This document shows, in pieces, positions 54,192-63,794 of a stretch of 64,000 nucleotides of DNA. Both the position numbers and the translations under genes were made by a program. The stretch lies in IMG/VR virus record IMGVR_UViG_3300046692_000091, positions 186,001 through 250,000 of that record, one strand, 5' to 3'. Every line of letters starts with the position of its first letter. The stretch's first letter is position 1. Below the pieces are notes generated by a model, which was not told the DNA's origin, searched no databases, and saw only the letters and a program-made list of their open reading frames with translations.

Positions 54192-54336
54192 AACTTCGAT
54201 AGAAGTAATTTATCTATTTAAAAGCATTTTCTTAAAAAGAAATGTATATAAATAGTAATAGTATATGGGGGGGACCCTTTGGGGGGGCCCCGTATACTAT
54301 TTCCTTATACTTAGTAATCATAAAACGGAATTCGAA

Positions 54337-54477
54337 ATGAAGTTGAACCCTACAGTACGTGACCTCAATACCAAGCTGCAAGACGGCTTGGATCGTGGTG
54401 ACAAACTTGAACTCGTCATCTGCAATGACGGTGTTATGTATCTCAAGATGGTGAGTACTGCAATTGAATCTGAATGA
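54337..54477 (+). CDS. 46-aa hypothetical protein
   Basis: ATG 54337 after CGGAA; overlaps the next gene start. Confidence 0.55.
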   Translation: MKLNPTVRDLNTKLQDGLDRGDKLELVICNDGVMYLKMVSTAIESE

Positions 54478-55231
54478 CCTCCGTAACCACATCCGATCTA
54501 ATGTCCTGATGGGTATGCAAGAGATCACTTCTATCCATCGTAACCAAATGTTCGGTTATGCGGATAAACGTGAGAGCGTATCCTTCTTCGCAGCAGAGTA
54601 CAATGTCGAGATGTCCACCCGTGGGACATTCGATACCGTAGCACCAGCCCTGATCTTTGATGACTTCAAACAACGTGATGATCTGGAAGGTACACGTTAC
54701 CTAGAACGCAAAGAAATGTGTGTCGCTATCCATGAACTGATTCGTGGTGCTGGCTATGTATTGGCCAATGTGGTATGGCATGCACATTCTGAAGGCGACA
54801 TGGTACGCTGTGAGTATTACAAGGGTAGTGGCGATGGTTGGACCAGTAGTGAGCTCCGCGTAGTTTACTCCCCAACTGATTACATGCCTGAGGGTGCAAT
54901 CATCCTCCGTGATAAACAACAGAAGCCAATGACAGGTGTATATTACACAGTCGGCTATGAAGAAGGTCAACTGACTTACTTGGGTGCCGCTGAACTAGAT
55001 GGTCGTCCTAATCGTTCGATCAGTATCTCAGCAATCGAAGGTAAAGTCTGGCATGGTACGGACATGCCAAAGAACTGGTTGTTGGAACTCACCGGTTTGG
55101 GTTTGTCTCGCGTAACGTCAATGACCAAGTCTGAAACACAGGAAGGTTGGTGCCGTGAGTATACGGGCAATCTTCGTGAGACTGGCGAAGCTGTAGAAAT
55201 CGTTGTAAAGAACTTCCACTGGCGTGGCTAA
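54464..55231 (+). CDS. hypothetical protein
   Basis: 255-aa ORF. Confidence 0.8.
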   Translation: MNLNDLRNHIRSNVLMGMQEITSIHRNQMFGYADKRESVSFFAAEYNVEMSTRGTFDTVAPALIFDDFKQRDDLEGTRYLERKEMCVAIHELIRGAGYVLANVVWHAHSEGDMVRCEYYKGSGDGWTSSELRVVYSPTDYMPEGAIILRDKQQKPMTGVYYTVGYEEGQLTYLGAAELDGRPNRSISISAIEGKVWHGTDMPKNWLLELTGLGLSRVTSMTKSETQEGWCREYTGNLRETGEAVEIVVKNFHWRG

Positions 55232-55294
55232 AAATACTGTCGCTCCTGGTACTATGTAACACTGACGCAATTCATTCTTGATAAGGTAGAAAGC

Positions 55295-56236
55295 ATGTTC
55301 GATATCAAAACTCGCATTTACTTCTGTGGCGGCGGCTCGACTAACGTTGGAGCTATGTACGACGCTACTGGCGAGCATGTATGTTTCCTCGATTCGTCTT
55401 CAGCTAACCTGCTGACCAATCCCGTCCCTGAAGATCGTTTCTACAAGATCCCTGGTACTGATGGCGCTGGTGGTAACCCTGCTTACATGATGCCATTTGC
55501 TCGTAAGCATGCTCCTGAAATGATTGCCCGGTTCCCAGCTGGCGCTTGCAACATCGTTGTCATCACTGGCGGTGGCGGTAGTGGTAACACCATTGGCCCG
55601 AACATCGTAGACCAACTACTGAAAGCTGGGCTGCCAACTATCGTGATCCTGATTGCCGGTACTGACTCTACTCGTCGTATCCGTAACACCACGAACTGCA
55701 TCAAGAACCTGGAACTGGTTTCTCAGAAACATCAGCTGCCCGTAGTAATGGCAACTGTATCGAACTCGAATGGCGAAGCTCAAGCTGACCAAGAAGTTCT
55801 GTTCCTGCTCGATGCCCTGGTTGCTCTGACCGATCAACAAAACGAACGTCTGGATACCATGGACGTTCTGAACTGGCTGCAATACAACAACGTGTGTGCT
55901 GTTGATCCAGAATTGGTATCGCTGCAAGTCGTAGCTACTCGTGCTGAAGCAACCGCAATCCTGGAACCTATCTCAGTAGCTTCCCTGTATGTTGATGCAA
56001 CCAAAGACGTTCCGTTCGGTACTCCGTTCGTACGTACTGTTGGTATCTGCCCTAATGAAGCCAAGCTGCCTTCGGATCAGCTGCACTTCATCATCAACAG
56101 CGTAGGTATCACTTCGGTAATGGATAAGCTGGAAGAAGAACGTGTGAAAGTAAATACCGTTCAAGCTGGCTTCCGTACTCGTCGTGCTATCGTTACTGTC
56201 GATGACATTAGCGAAGATGGCTTCATCGCTGACTGA
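55295..56236 (+). CDS. phuZ: phage tubulin PhuZ
   Basis: YFCGGGSTNVG, FLDSS..N, GTDGAG, TGGGGSG tubulin signature, acidic C-terminal tail DDISEDGFIAD. Confidence 0.93.
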   Translation: MFDIKTRIYFCGGGSTNVGAMYDATGEHVCFLDSSSANLLTNPVPEDRFYKIPGTDGAGGNPAYMMPFARKHAPEMIARFPAGACNIVVITGGGGSGNTIGPNIVDQLLKAGLPTIVILIAGTDSTRRIRNTTNCIKNLELVSQKHQLPVVMATVSNSNGEAQADQEVLFLLDALVALTDQQNERLDTMDVLNWLQYNNVCAVDPELVSLQVVATRAEATAILEPISVASLYVDATKDVPFGTPFVRTVGICPNEAKLPSDQLHFIINSVGITSVMDKLEEERVKVNTVQAGFRTRRAIVTVDDISEDGFIAD

Positions 56237-56241
56237 TAATG

Positions 56242-56272
56242 GGGGAGCTTCGGCTCCCCTGTTTATTTTTTC
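56242..56272 (+). terminator. intrinsic terminator
   Basis: GGGGAGC-TTCG-GCTCCCC-TGTTTATTTTTT. Confidence 0.85.
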
Positions 56273-56290
56273 GTCTCAGGGTTAAAAGTA

Positions 56291-56530
56291 ATGTCTGTAA
56301 CAATGGCTTCTGTAGTTCTCAGTGTTCACTTGTTCGGTATTGTCAGCACGGAAAAGTTTACTAAGCAATATGACAATTGGAATCAATGTGTTAACTCACT
56401 AGAGATTCATGAAGCGAAGTTCCACAACAAACAGAACATGCAAACCACACTCGACCGAGAACTGGGCTATCTAGCTATCAGTGATCACGACGAGAAGGTG
56501 ATACAGAAGCACCAATGCCAGAAGGATTAA
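56291..56530 (+). CDS. small membrane-anchored protein
   Basis: Hydrophobic N-terminus. Confidence 0.65.
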   Translation: MSVTMASVVLSVHLFGIVSTEKFTKQYDNWNQCVNSLEIHEAKFHNKQNMQTTLDRELGYLAISDHDEKVIQKHQCQKD

Positions 56531-56531
56531 C

Positions 56532-56957
56532 ATGAAAACGATAACATGGCTTAGTAAGCTATGGATGGGTACGATCGATAAGCCCTCCGTGGTTATCTCG
56601 ATTGGTGATCCCGGCGAATCCCTACCCGACTTCGCATGTGACATGATTGATGTATTACGTATTGAAGTCGATGATGTAGATCAAGACCTCGGTCCTGAAT
56701 ACCGGATGTTCGATTGGCTTCATGCTAAGAAGATCCTGGACTTCGAAGAACGTTACAAAGACCATGATATCATCGTACATTGTCATGCTGGTATCAGTCG
56801 GTCTGCTGCAGTTGCATTGTTCCTGAGTAAAGCACGTAAACGATTGTTAGATGTGGCCAAACCATGCAGTGGTGACCATCGTCATTACAACCGCTGGATC
56901 TGGCGTCAACTCGAAATCACTTGGTACGACATTAATCGGAGTAAGACAGATGCGTGA
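56532..56957 (+). CDS. CX5R (protein tyrosine/dual-specificity-type) phosphatase
   Basis: IIVHCHAGISRSAAVA P-loop; VISIGDP and FDW...AKKILDF. Confidence 0.88.
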   Translation: MKTITWLSKLWMGTIDKPSVVISIGDPGESLPDFACDMIDVLRIEVDDVDQDLGPEYRMFDWLHAKKILDFEERYKDHDIIVHCHAGISRSAAVALFLSKARKRLLDVAKPCSGDHRHYNRWIWRQLEITWYDINRSKTDA

Positions 56958-57567
56958 AGCAGCTCGTAATTTCATGATTGACCTGGTAGCAATTTCTTCT
57001 CACCTGCGCATTGCTGTATTCAATGGCAAGAAAGCGCACATGTACGACATTGCAAAATCCACCGGCCTAACCGTGGAACGCATCGAACTGGTTTTGGTAA
57101 AAGCACTGACATCGGATTTCCGTGATCAGCAGCTCGAACTGTTGGCTTCGCAGATCGTCTTCAGCGATGGGGCTAAGTATGCCCGCAATAACCAAGAAGC
57201 ATTGTTATTTGAAGTTCCTTACCCACCTCTGTGGATTATTCATGCTCTAACTAACACTGCATACGCCACTCTTGAAAAATGTCATGAAGTACCACAAAGC
57301 CGTTCTATGATTCGCTCATTCATGGATGCCCAATTCACACAAGCTGTATTCGAGTGGGTTGAATCCAATATCGACAATGCCGTCAGTGTTGGTATGGATA
57401 TCCTGGCTGAGCAAGATAGCGTGTTTCATGAGGTCCCAATGCAGGAAGGGGCATTCCCACTAGAATCATCTGGCCGTGGTCTGGGCTTTACTGCCGAGTC
57501 CGTTCGAGCAACGATTGCCAAATACATGGGCATGAAATCAGACGACGTTAACATCCAAGTAATGTAG
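56950..57567 (+). CDS. hypothetical protein
   Basis: SD GGAG; ATG 56950. Confidence 0.75.
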   Translation: MREAARNFMIDLVAISSHLRIAVFNGKKAHMYDIAKSTGLTVERIELVLVKALTSDFRDQQLELLASQIVFSDGAKYARNNQEALLFEVPYPPLWIIHALTNTAYATLEKCHEVPQSRSMIRSFMDAQFTQAVFEWVESNIDNAVSVGMDILAEQDSVFHEVPMQEGAFPLESSGRGLGFTAESVRATIAKYMGMKSDDVNIQVM

Positions 57568-57574
57568 GTGATAT

Positions 57575-58063
57575 ATGTCAAAGCAGATGGAGCGACTAGA
57601 TACATTAGTTGCTGGAGATCTGGGTTTGGCACAAGCACCAATTACCATGATTCTTAAACATGCTACACGGTTCCCAGATGCCATCGATGGATTCGTCTTT
57701 GCTCTTGAGCATAATGGATTAGTCTACTATGACATCGTGGAAGTGTGGCGTTCGGTAAATGGGATGCGAGTGCGAATTCCTCGATTCAGATCGCATCCAG
57801 TGATCGAGGAAAGACTCAGGCTACGGCAATACAAGCGTTGGTATGTAATGGGGAACGGAAGACTCTTTCCGGTGCAGACTGCCAAGGTTGAAGATCTTAA
57901 AGATCAATTCTATTTCTTAACGGATAGCGACCCTACCTATCGAACTAAAACTGTTCTTACCGAGGAGTGCATGTTCTTGCGTAAGAAGTCTTTGATGTTC
58001 CACCGTCTACCAAGACCTGGTTGGGGCAATCCAATATTACTAAAAGGGAAACAACATGCTTGA
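57575..58063 (+). CDS. hypothetical protein
   Basis: SD AGGTG; 162 aa. Confidence 0.75.
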   Translation: MSKQMERLDTLVAGDLGLAQAPITMILKHATRFPDAIDGFVFALEHNGLVYYDIVEVWRSVNGMRVRIPRFRSHPVIEERLRLRQYKRWYVMGNGRLFPVQTAKVEDLKDQFYFLTDSDPTYRTKTVLTEECMFLRKKSLMFHRLPRPGWGNPILLKGKQHA

Positions 58064-58307
58064 CGATACCGATGACATTCTCGCCTGGGCTAAACGACTG
58101 GCTACTGAAGTTCCTAACTGCATGTGGAACACGGGTAATGGCTTTGTAACTTCCACCCCAATGCAGGTTTGTGTGTGGAATGGCGATGGTACCTTGGCGG
58201 CTAACATCAATGTCACTAACGATGTCGTCGTTATCTGGATGGGTGAAGTAATCGACATCGAACATGAACTCGAAGAAGCACTCGACCAAGCAGTAGGTGG
58301 TGTTTAA
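58056..58307 (+). CDS. hypothetical protein (paralog of 58585)
   Basis: SD AAGGGA; TPMQVCVWNGDG motif. Confidence 0.7.
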   Translation: MLDDTDDILAWAKRLATEVPNCMWNTGNGFVTSTPMQVCVWNGDGTLAANINVTNDVVVIWMGEVIDIEHELEEALDQAVGGV

Positions 58308-58581
58308 CATGCTTGTATCGACACGCGTTAATCCACTCCCGTGGTATAAAACAGGGTGGGCTCTTTGTGGAGGCATGATTCTGTTTGCTTCGGTAATGAT
58401 CACTATAGCGGGAGGTATTATTACCAAAGTAGTGGCATCCGCTACAATACAACAAGATGCTCGCCAACAGCTGCGTGAAGAACGTTACCAGAAATGCGTA
58501 GGCGAAGCAACTCGTGGTGAGAAGGTTACCGCAGAGATCATGCTTGCCTGCACTACAACAGTTAAAGAAATCTTTCGGTGA
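58297..58581 (+). CDS. membrane-anchored protein
   Basis: TM segment; C-terminal Cys pair. Confidence 0.7.
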   Translation: MVFNMLVSTRVNPLPWYKTGWALCGGMILFASVMITIAGGIITKVVASATIQQDARQQLREERYQKCVGEATRGEKVTAEIMLACTTTVKEIFR

Positions 58582-58584
58582 TCC

Positions 58585-59052
58585 ATGACACATTGCGACT
58601 ACATCTGGCAGAAGGCTGCGCTGTTAGCATCACAATACCCAGACGGTAAGCTACTTGTTTACAGCAACGACTCAGCTTTATCGATAACACCAGAAAAAAT
58701 TATTCTTTGGAATAGTGATGGTGAGAATGAAGCACATGTAGATATCTTGAAGAAAGAAGTTATCTGCATGCGTTGTGACCCATGTGATATTGAAGATAGC
58801 ATCACGGGTGCTCTTCACTTAACAGCATATGCAAACCTTATCAAGCAGGCGGAGAAAGATGGCAACAGTTATTCTGAGTGGTGCAGCAGTCTCGCAAGTA
58901 AAGTTGCTGCAGCAGGGGGCTTGGCTCTGGGGGACTCATTACGAGTTCAACCACAAGAACGAGACCATGACAGTGATGCTGCAGAACCGCCGGTGCTACA
59001 TATACGGCGAGCAGCGCAAGGCAATGATTTCCATCCCACGCCGAACCATTGA
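58585..59052 (+). CDS. hypothetical protein (paralog of 58056; 3' end overlaps next gene)
   Basis: TPEKIILWNSDG motif. Confidence 0.65.
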   Translation: MTHCDYIWQKAALLASQYPDGKLLVYSNDSALSITPEKIILWNSDGENEAHVDILKKEVICMRCDPCDIEDSITGALHLTAYANLIKQAEKDGNSYSEWCSSLASKVAAAGGLALGDSLRVQPQERDHDSDAAEPPVLHIRRAAQGNDFHPTPNH

Positions 59053-59122
59053 GGGAATCGAAAACCTCACTGAAGAAGATGTAATCGGTATCCTCCGTGC
59101 TGCCCGTGAGAGACAATGCTAA
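58859..59122 (+). CDS. hypothetical protein
   Basis: SD GGCGGAG before ATG 58859; stop overlaps the next gene. Confidence 0.55.
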   Translation: MATVILSGAAVSQVKLLQQGAWLWGTHYEFNHKNETMTVMLQNRRCYIYGEQRKAMISIPRRTIEGIENLTEEDVIGILRAARERQC

Positions 59123-59307
59123 TGAACTGGCTTACTCCTAATCGAGCATTTTGGTTGCTCCTCGTACTAGCTATGGTTTCCATGACAGGTATGTATTACA
59201 CAAGAAACAGTATGGTACCGATGTGTGATAAACCCGAACCAAAGAAAGACTGTGTGGTTAATCCAATTTATCCATACGGCTCACCGATCAAAGAGTTCTG
59301 TTATTAA
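59116..59307 (+). CDS. small membrane-anchored protein
   Basis: N-terminal TM; three Cys. Confidence 0.65.
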   Translation: MLMNWLTPNRAFWLLLVLAMVSMTGMYYTRNSMVPMCDKPEPKKDCVVNPIYPYGSPIKEFCY

Positions 59308-59353
59308 TGGCATAAGCCCTCTCCCGTAGGAGAGGGCAATATGTCGTTTTTTC
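59308..59353 (+). terminator. hairpin terminator
   Basis: GGCATAA-GCCCTCTCC-CGTA-GGAGAGGGC-AATATGTCG-TTTTTT; near-copy of 48187. Confidence 0.85.
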
Positions 59354-59444
59354 TTTTATTCTAATTCTCTACAGGCCTACATTATTTTCGTGAATAGACA
59401 CCAATAATGGTTGCTGTTTAATAATAACCAACTAAGGAGTTACA

Positions 59445-59684
59445 ATGAAACTATCGAACGAAGAAAAACAAGCATTGAAAAACAGAGCAATTGCATTGAT
59501 CCGTAATGGTACCGGTCGATTCTCTTCCCACCCGTACCAGGTGAATGTCAAGCACACCTCAGTAATGATCCATCACAATGGCATACTGATCGCTGACATC
59601 TACCCTAAAGGGAAAGAGTCAGAATTCCATGCTGCTTACAACATCATCGAAAATGCAATGATCGGTGCCCGTAAGCATGTATAG
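59445..59684 (+). CDS. hypothetical protein
   Basis: SD AAGGAG; CTACATTAT early-type motif at 59377. Confidence 0.75.
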   Translation: MKLSNEEKQALKNRAIALIRNGTGRFSSHPYQVNVKHTSVMIHHNGILIADIYPKGKESEFHAAYNIIENAMIGARKHV

Positions 59685-59685
59685 C

Positions 59686-59733
59686 AACATAAAGCCCATC
59701 CCTTCGGGGATGGGCAATACCTATATTTTTTTT
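59686..59733. terminator. bidirectional terminator
   Basis: AACATAAA-GCCCATCCC-TTCG-GGGATGGGC plus T-tract between convergent genes. Confidence 0.85.
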
Positions 59734-59746
59734 TGCTTCAAGGCAG

Positions 59747-60559
59747 TTAAGGAGCGGCCATGATAGTACGGATGTGATGACGGTTACCTTCCGGATCGTT
59801 AAAGTTCCGAGCGATTTTGCGCCACTTCTTCAGTTGCTCATCGTACAGGTCGTTTGCTTCCGACCATTCATAGATCTTGTCTTTGTAGACACCGAGTTCT
59901 TGACCATATCGCAGTTGAGCATCACCCATCTCTACGAACGTGGTGTTGTAGATCCAAGCCTTAACAGCGTACTCCACTAACTTACTAAAAGCAGGGATAG
60001 CTTGTGGCCGGATGTTTAACAGCTCATCATCATTACCCAAACGGCAAGAGAGATAAGCTGATGGAGATGGTACACTTGACCACCGTACCATAACCGTGTT
60101 GTGATTGATCAAGTTGATGTAAGATGTTTGAGCTACAGCAATACGTCTAGCTGCATCTAACACCTTCATGGTTTCATTAGCCATGGTTGATTTATTGTAG
60201 TTCATGGCATAGCCGGCATTCTGATAACCTAAGATACCGAAGTGGATATCGAAGACCTGAACGATTGGGCGTTGTTGGGTGTACTCATCGGGGATGTAGT
60301 AGACGATGGTATATGGATCTACATATTCCTGTTTGACCGGGAAGTCCAGAGGGATGTAAGTTTTAGTGCCACCGATCAGATCAATGTCAGGCATGATGCG
60401 CCCTTCGATCACTTCTTCTCGAATACGTGCTTCCAATGAGAAAGCAGCACCACATGTGGTTTCTGCCATGTAAATATCTTTATGCCTAAATGCATCATTC
60501 AAAATCTGGTGAGGAATTCGAAATTTAAGATCACTCAGGGCTTTAGTGATGGCGTTCAT
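59747..60559 (-). CDS. conserved jumbo-phage protein, probably virion-associated
   Basis: [18 protein letters not shown]; [15 protein letters not shown]; [10 protein letters not shown]; counter-oriented single gene. Confidence 0.75.
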   Translation of the reverse strand: MNAITKALSDLKFRIPHQILNDAFRHKDIYMAETTCGAAFSLEARIREEVIEGRIMPDIDLIGGTKTYIPLDFPVKQEYVDPYTIVYYIPDEYTQQRPIVQVFDIHFGILGYQNAGYAMNYNKSTMANETMKVLDAARRIAVAQTSYINLINHNTVMVRWSSVPSPSAYLSCRLGNDDELLNIRPQAIPAFSKLVEYAVKAWIYNTTFVEMGDAQLRYGQELGVYKDKIYEWSEANDLYDEQLKKWRKIARNFNDPEGNRHHIRTIMAAP

Positions 60560-60687
60560 TCTCAGACGTCCTATAAAGCGTTTTAAGAGGTTTTCCTCTG
60601 TAAAGGAATACCAGAGGTCGGTATAATATACGGTGAGGCTTACAAACGATTACACCAAATCTCAAATCTATATTATATTTTTGTATA

Positions 60688-61092
60688 ATGAAGAGGGTAC
60701 AGAAATTGTACGAGAAAGAAGGTGACGTCTTATGTTGGGATATAAGCCACATCATGGGATTGCTCAGAGAACATCCGATTACGTCGTTAGTGGTCTCTCG
60801 GGCTATTCGATTCCATCATCACAATACGAGTGTTGCGATCCCTAATCCATATTGGGATTCGATTATAGATGACTTCATTTGTCATGCTATTAATAGCTTC
60901 GAAGAAGTGATGGTGGCCGAGTTCAATCCACAACGAGTTACACCCCAAGAACATACTTGGTTCAATATGAATCAAGCAGCCCGGAAAGAATTGTGGCTCA
61001 TGCTGCGTCCTCTGGCATACCGCTACGCCGGGTCGATGGTCAATTACGCACGAGTAGGCGGAGTGATCTATATATACGCTCAAACCAATTAA
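60688..61092 (+). CDS. hypothetical protein
   Basis: 134 aa; CTCAAATCTATATTAT motif upstream. Confidence 0.7.
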   Translation: MKRVQKLYEKEGDVLCWDISHIMGLLREHPITSLVVSRAIRFHHHNTSVAIPNPYWDSIIDDFICHAINSFEEVMVAEFNPQRVTPQEHTWFNMNQAARKELWLMLRPLAYRYAGSMVNYARVGGVIYIYAQTN

Positions 61093-61103
61093 ACGGAGAT
61101 CTC

Positions 61104-62027
61104 ATGTCTGACAAAAAGTTTGTACTCCTAGACACCCGACATCAAGTCAAGGTGGTTCTGGATTACTTAACCCATATCCAACAGCAACAACCTCTAGTGG
61201 GTTTGGTGCAACCGACAAAAGGGTTGGCTCTCAATATTGTTCAAACGATCGTAGCTGAGAAGATTGAACAACGTGATAAAGGTATCCCAGATGGTTCGGG
61301 TACTGATTGGGATGTTGCACGAGCAGCAGTGTTGTTCGGTACTACACCGGGACAAGTGTTTCACCGTCAAGTAAAATTCGTAGAGCGTGTTCTGGAACAT
61401 CCACTGATCCATACTGTCTACGACGATATGGATCGCCAGATCAATGCCCATGAAAAGTATACGACCTACAATAGTTGGGAAGTAATCAACACCGGTACAA
61501 TGCTGGGGTTGGCTGAACGTGGGGATGCACGAATCCTACATTGGGAAATGTTGGAAGATGCGCAGGAAGATAAATACGTTACATTGGATCTGACTCGGGT
61601 ATTCGAAGCAGTGCAGGAACAGTTCGTTAAGAACTTCGGTCCTTATCCTGATTCGCAGATCGATGCGATGATTATTGAAACGATGTTGGCCGTGTACCCA
61701 CAACTGGTGCGTGTAGACAAACGTCAAGAAGTAGTTAACTACGACATGGCTGCTGCATACGGCGTACCTAACCTGTCTGTATGGATCGAGAGGTACATTC
61801 GTGAAGTGTTGGTGGCATTCCATGTCCCAGCATTCGAACGTTACTTCACACCAGGTGTGAAATACGAATGTAATTACGCAGTACATCGTCTGACCATTCG
61901 TGAGCATAAAGAAGAAACCATCGAAGTTGATTCTGATGCCGATCTGGCTCGACAATTGGTCCGTGGTGATTACCTGCCTCGTGATGAGCGTGAGCGTGCT
62001 GAAAAGTATCTGATGGAAAATCAATAA
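61104..62027 (+). CDS. hypothetical protein (conserved-core region)
   Basis: SD GGAG; ATG 61104. Confidence 0.8.
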   Translation: MSDKKFVLLDTRHQVKVVLDYLTHIQQQQPLVGLVQPTKGLALNIVQTIVAEKIEQRDKGIPDGSGTDWDVARAAVLFGTTPGQVFHRQVKFVERVLEHPLIHTVYDDMDRQINAHEKYTTYNSWEVINTGTMLGLAERGDARILHWEMLEDAQEDKYVTLDLTRVFEAVQEQFVKNFGPYPDSQIDAMIIETMLAVYPQLVRVDKRQEVVNYDMAAAYGVPNLSVWIERYIREVLVAFHVPAFERYFTPGVKYECNYAVHRLTIREHKEETIEVDSDADLARQLVRGDYLPRDERERAEKYLMENQ

Positions 62028-62028
62028 G

Positions 62029-62052
62029 GCCCCCATGTGGGGCTTTATGCCG
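62029..62052 (+). terminator. hairpin terminator-like element
   Basis: GCCCC-CATGT-GGGGC-TTTATGCCG. Confidence 0.7.
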
Positions 62053-62062
62053 TGAGGTGTAA

Positions 62063-62563
62063 ATGGAACAATATGTGGTACCCTTCGAGAATGCCGTAGC
62101 TATGTTCTCGATACCAGACTTCTATGGTTTTAATGAACCGCAGTATCTGGATGTCATCATGGAGTTTAATGATGAACGGGATAAGCTGACTGATCTAATT
62201 GCCAATGCAATCGTACAAAGGAACGTATACGAGCCTGAGCAGTTCCGTGAGATGATTCACATGGGTTTAGGTTACATGGGGATCGATCCAGACGAAGAGA
62301 CGTTCTATGCGACTATGGTTCAGTTTGTTCGAAGTATCTGTCTGAAGTGTTCCCCCTATATTCTCGGTACAGATCTAAAACTCATTGATGCGATTGAAGA
62401 TGCGGATTGGGTTAACATCATCTACCGAGAAACTTCGGAACCACAACTATGCTCTATACAGCAGCCCAACGATTCGACAAGCTTGCCTGGTTCCCTGGCT
62501 ATAGCAAAGCCCGTAAGTTGTATGGCAATCTCCACCGAGGCAAACCCAATCACAATGAGATAG
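62063..62563 (+). CDS. hypothetical protein
   Basis: SD GAGGTG; 166 aa. Confidence 0.75.
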   Translation: MEQYVVPFENAVAMFSIPDFYGFNEPQYLDVIMEFNDERDKLTDLIANAIVQRNVYEPEQFREMIHMGLGYMGIDPDEETFYATMVQFVRSICLKCSPYILGTDLKLIDAIEDADWVNIIYRETSEPQLCSIQQPNDSTSLPGSLAIAKPVSCMAISTEANPITMR

Positions 62564-62940
62564 GGCCAGGTGGTTTCATGGATGATGTGTTTGAGTGGAT
62601 ACTAGAAGCTCACGCACATTTCCTAGAAACTGGAGAGATCTTACAACTACATCACGTACCTCGCTTGACTCGATATAACAAGCAAGCCCTGGCATATGAG
62701 ATCGAGTTCTTAAAGATAGCCGTGGTTTTATGGAAGCGCTTACCGAGAACGATTGGATCGATCTTCCCCGTCAACTTACAGGGGAATGCAATCTACCTGT
62801 TGTTAGGGTATGATCCTAATCATAGAGACTTATCGATGCCTCCAGAGATCGTGAATGTCACTCCCGAGCAATTCCTACGCCCCAGCAAGAAAGTACGTGG
62901 TGGTAAAAAGGATATGAAAACCACCCAAGGTGCCACATGA
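62449..62940 (+). CDS. hypothetical protein
   Basis: 163 aa; overlaps the upstream ORF tail, so the start is uncertain. Confidence 0.7.
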   Translation: MLYTAAQRFDKLAWFPGYSKARKLYGNLHRGKPNHNEIGPGGFMDDVFEWILEAHAHFLETGEILQLHHVPRLTRYNKQALAYEIEFLKIAVVLWKRLPRTIGSIFPVNLQGNAIYLLLGYDPNHRDLSMPPEIVNVTPEQFLRPSKKVRGGKKDMKTTQGAT

Positions 62941-63446
62941 CCCCATTCGTCCCTGATAACATTGCTGTACGTGTATCCTTCAACTCGGTAAGTATTCCGA
63001 TTAACAAGATGGTCAGCATCTTAGAAGGTACATCCAACAACACACCGTATCCGATGGAAGAAGATTCTATTCGTACGATTCTGTATGAGTGCTTGAATGA
63101 ATACCTACAATTCTCTCTGCCGAATGTACCGAATGGACAAAACTGTTCCTTCGAGCATTACTTAGATGATCGATTCAAAGCTCTGTCAGCCACGCTGAAC
63201 CCTCCTGAGCTAGAAGGCTACCCACCGCCAGATAAACGGATGATGATGTTCCTGAATGTCCAGTGGGCGATCGCAGTGGGTGAACTAGGGCGACAACTCT
63301 TACCGGGTATTCGTGATTTGAATGCACACAACCAAGACGTCGAGCAAATCCACATGTTTAAGTTGGATAACTACCAAACGGGCATGTACGTGTTGTCCGG
63401 CATTCTCTACGATACAGTTGATGCCGAATCGGAAGAGGGGCTATGA
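62937..63446 (+). CDS. hypothetical protein
   Basis: ATGA-coupled 169-aa ORF. Confidence 0.8.
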   Translation: MTPFVPDNIAVRVSFNSVSIPINKMVSILEGTSNNTPYPMEEDSIRTILYECLNEYLQFSLPNVPNGQNCSFEHYLDDRFKALSATLNPPELEGYPPPDKRMMMFLNVQWAIAVGELGRQLLPGIRDLNAHNQDVEQIHMFKLDNYQTGMYVLSGILYDTVDAESEEGL

Positions 63447-63793
63447 GCTATAGCCTCCACACATACGACGTAGGTATGTTTGGAAATATCTATATCCCAG
63501 GGTTCCCGTTAGCATCAATCGGCATAAGCCATTGGATCATCTCCGTTGCTCTACAGAACCTTACTGCAGAAGAGGGTAAGGTAAAGTCGGCAGTAGATGA
63601 GATTGGCTATGCAATGGACCACTATTTGTATAAGCACTATAACACATTCACAGCTGAGGCTCTCCATTATTTTGAAGAGCAATGCATCTGTTATTATGTC
63701 ACGGTGGAAAATTACTTCGCCCAATTCCAATTAGCAGAACATGTCGATACTCCCGAAAAGAATAGAGGGGTAGCTATCGTATTCAAGGACTAA
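63443..63793 (+). CDS. hypothetical protein
   Basis: ATGA-coupled 116-aa ORF. Confidence 0.75.
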   Translation: MSYSLHTYDVGMFGNIYIPGFPLASIGISHWIISVALQNLTAEEGKVKSAVDEIGYAMDHYLYKHYNTFTAEALHYFEEQCICYYVTVENYFAQFQLAEHVDTPEKNRGVAIVFKD

Positions 63794-63794
63794 A

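Noticed and set aside
54265-54336. N-terminal MGGTLWGGP extension
   Set aside because: It is a translation of the G-tract palindrome; ATG 54337 is the more plausible start.
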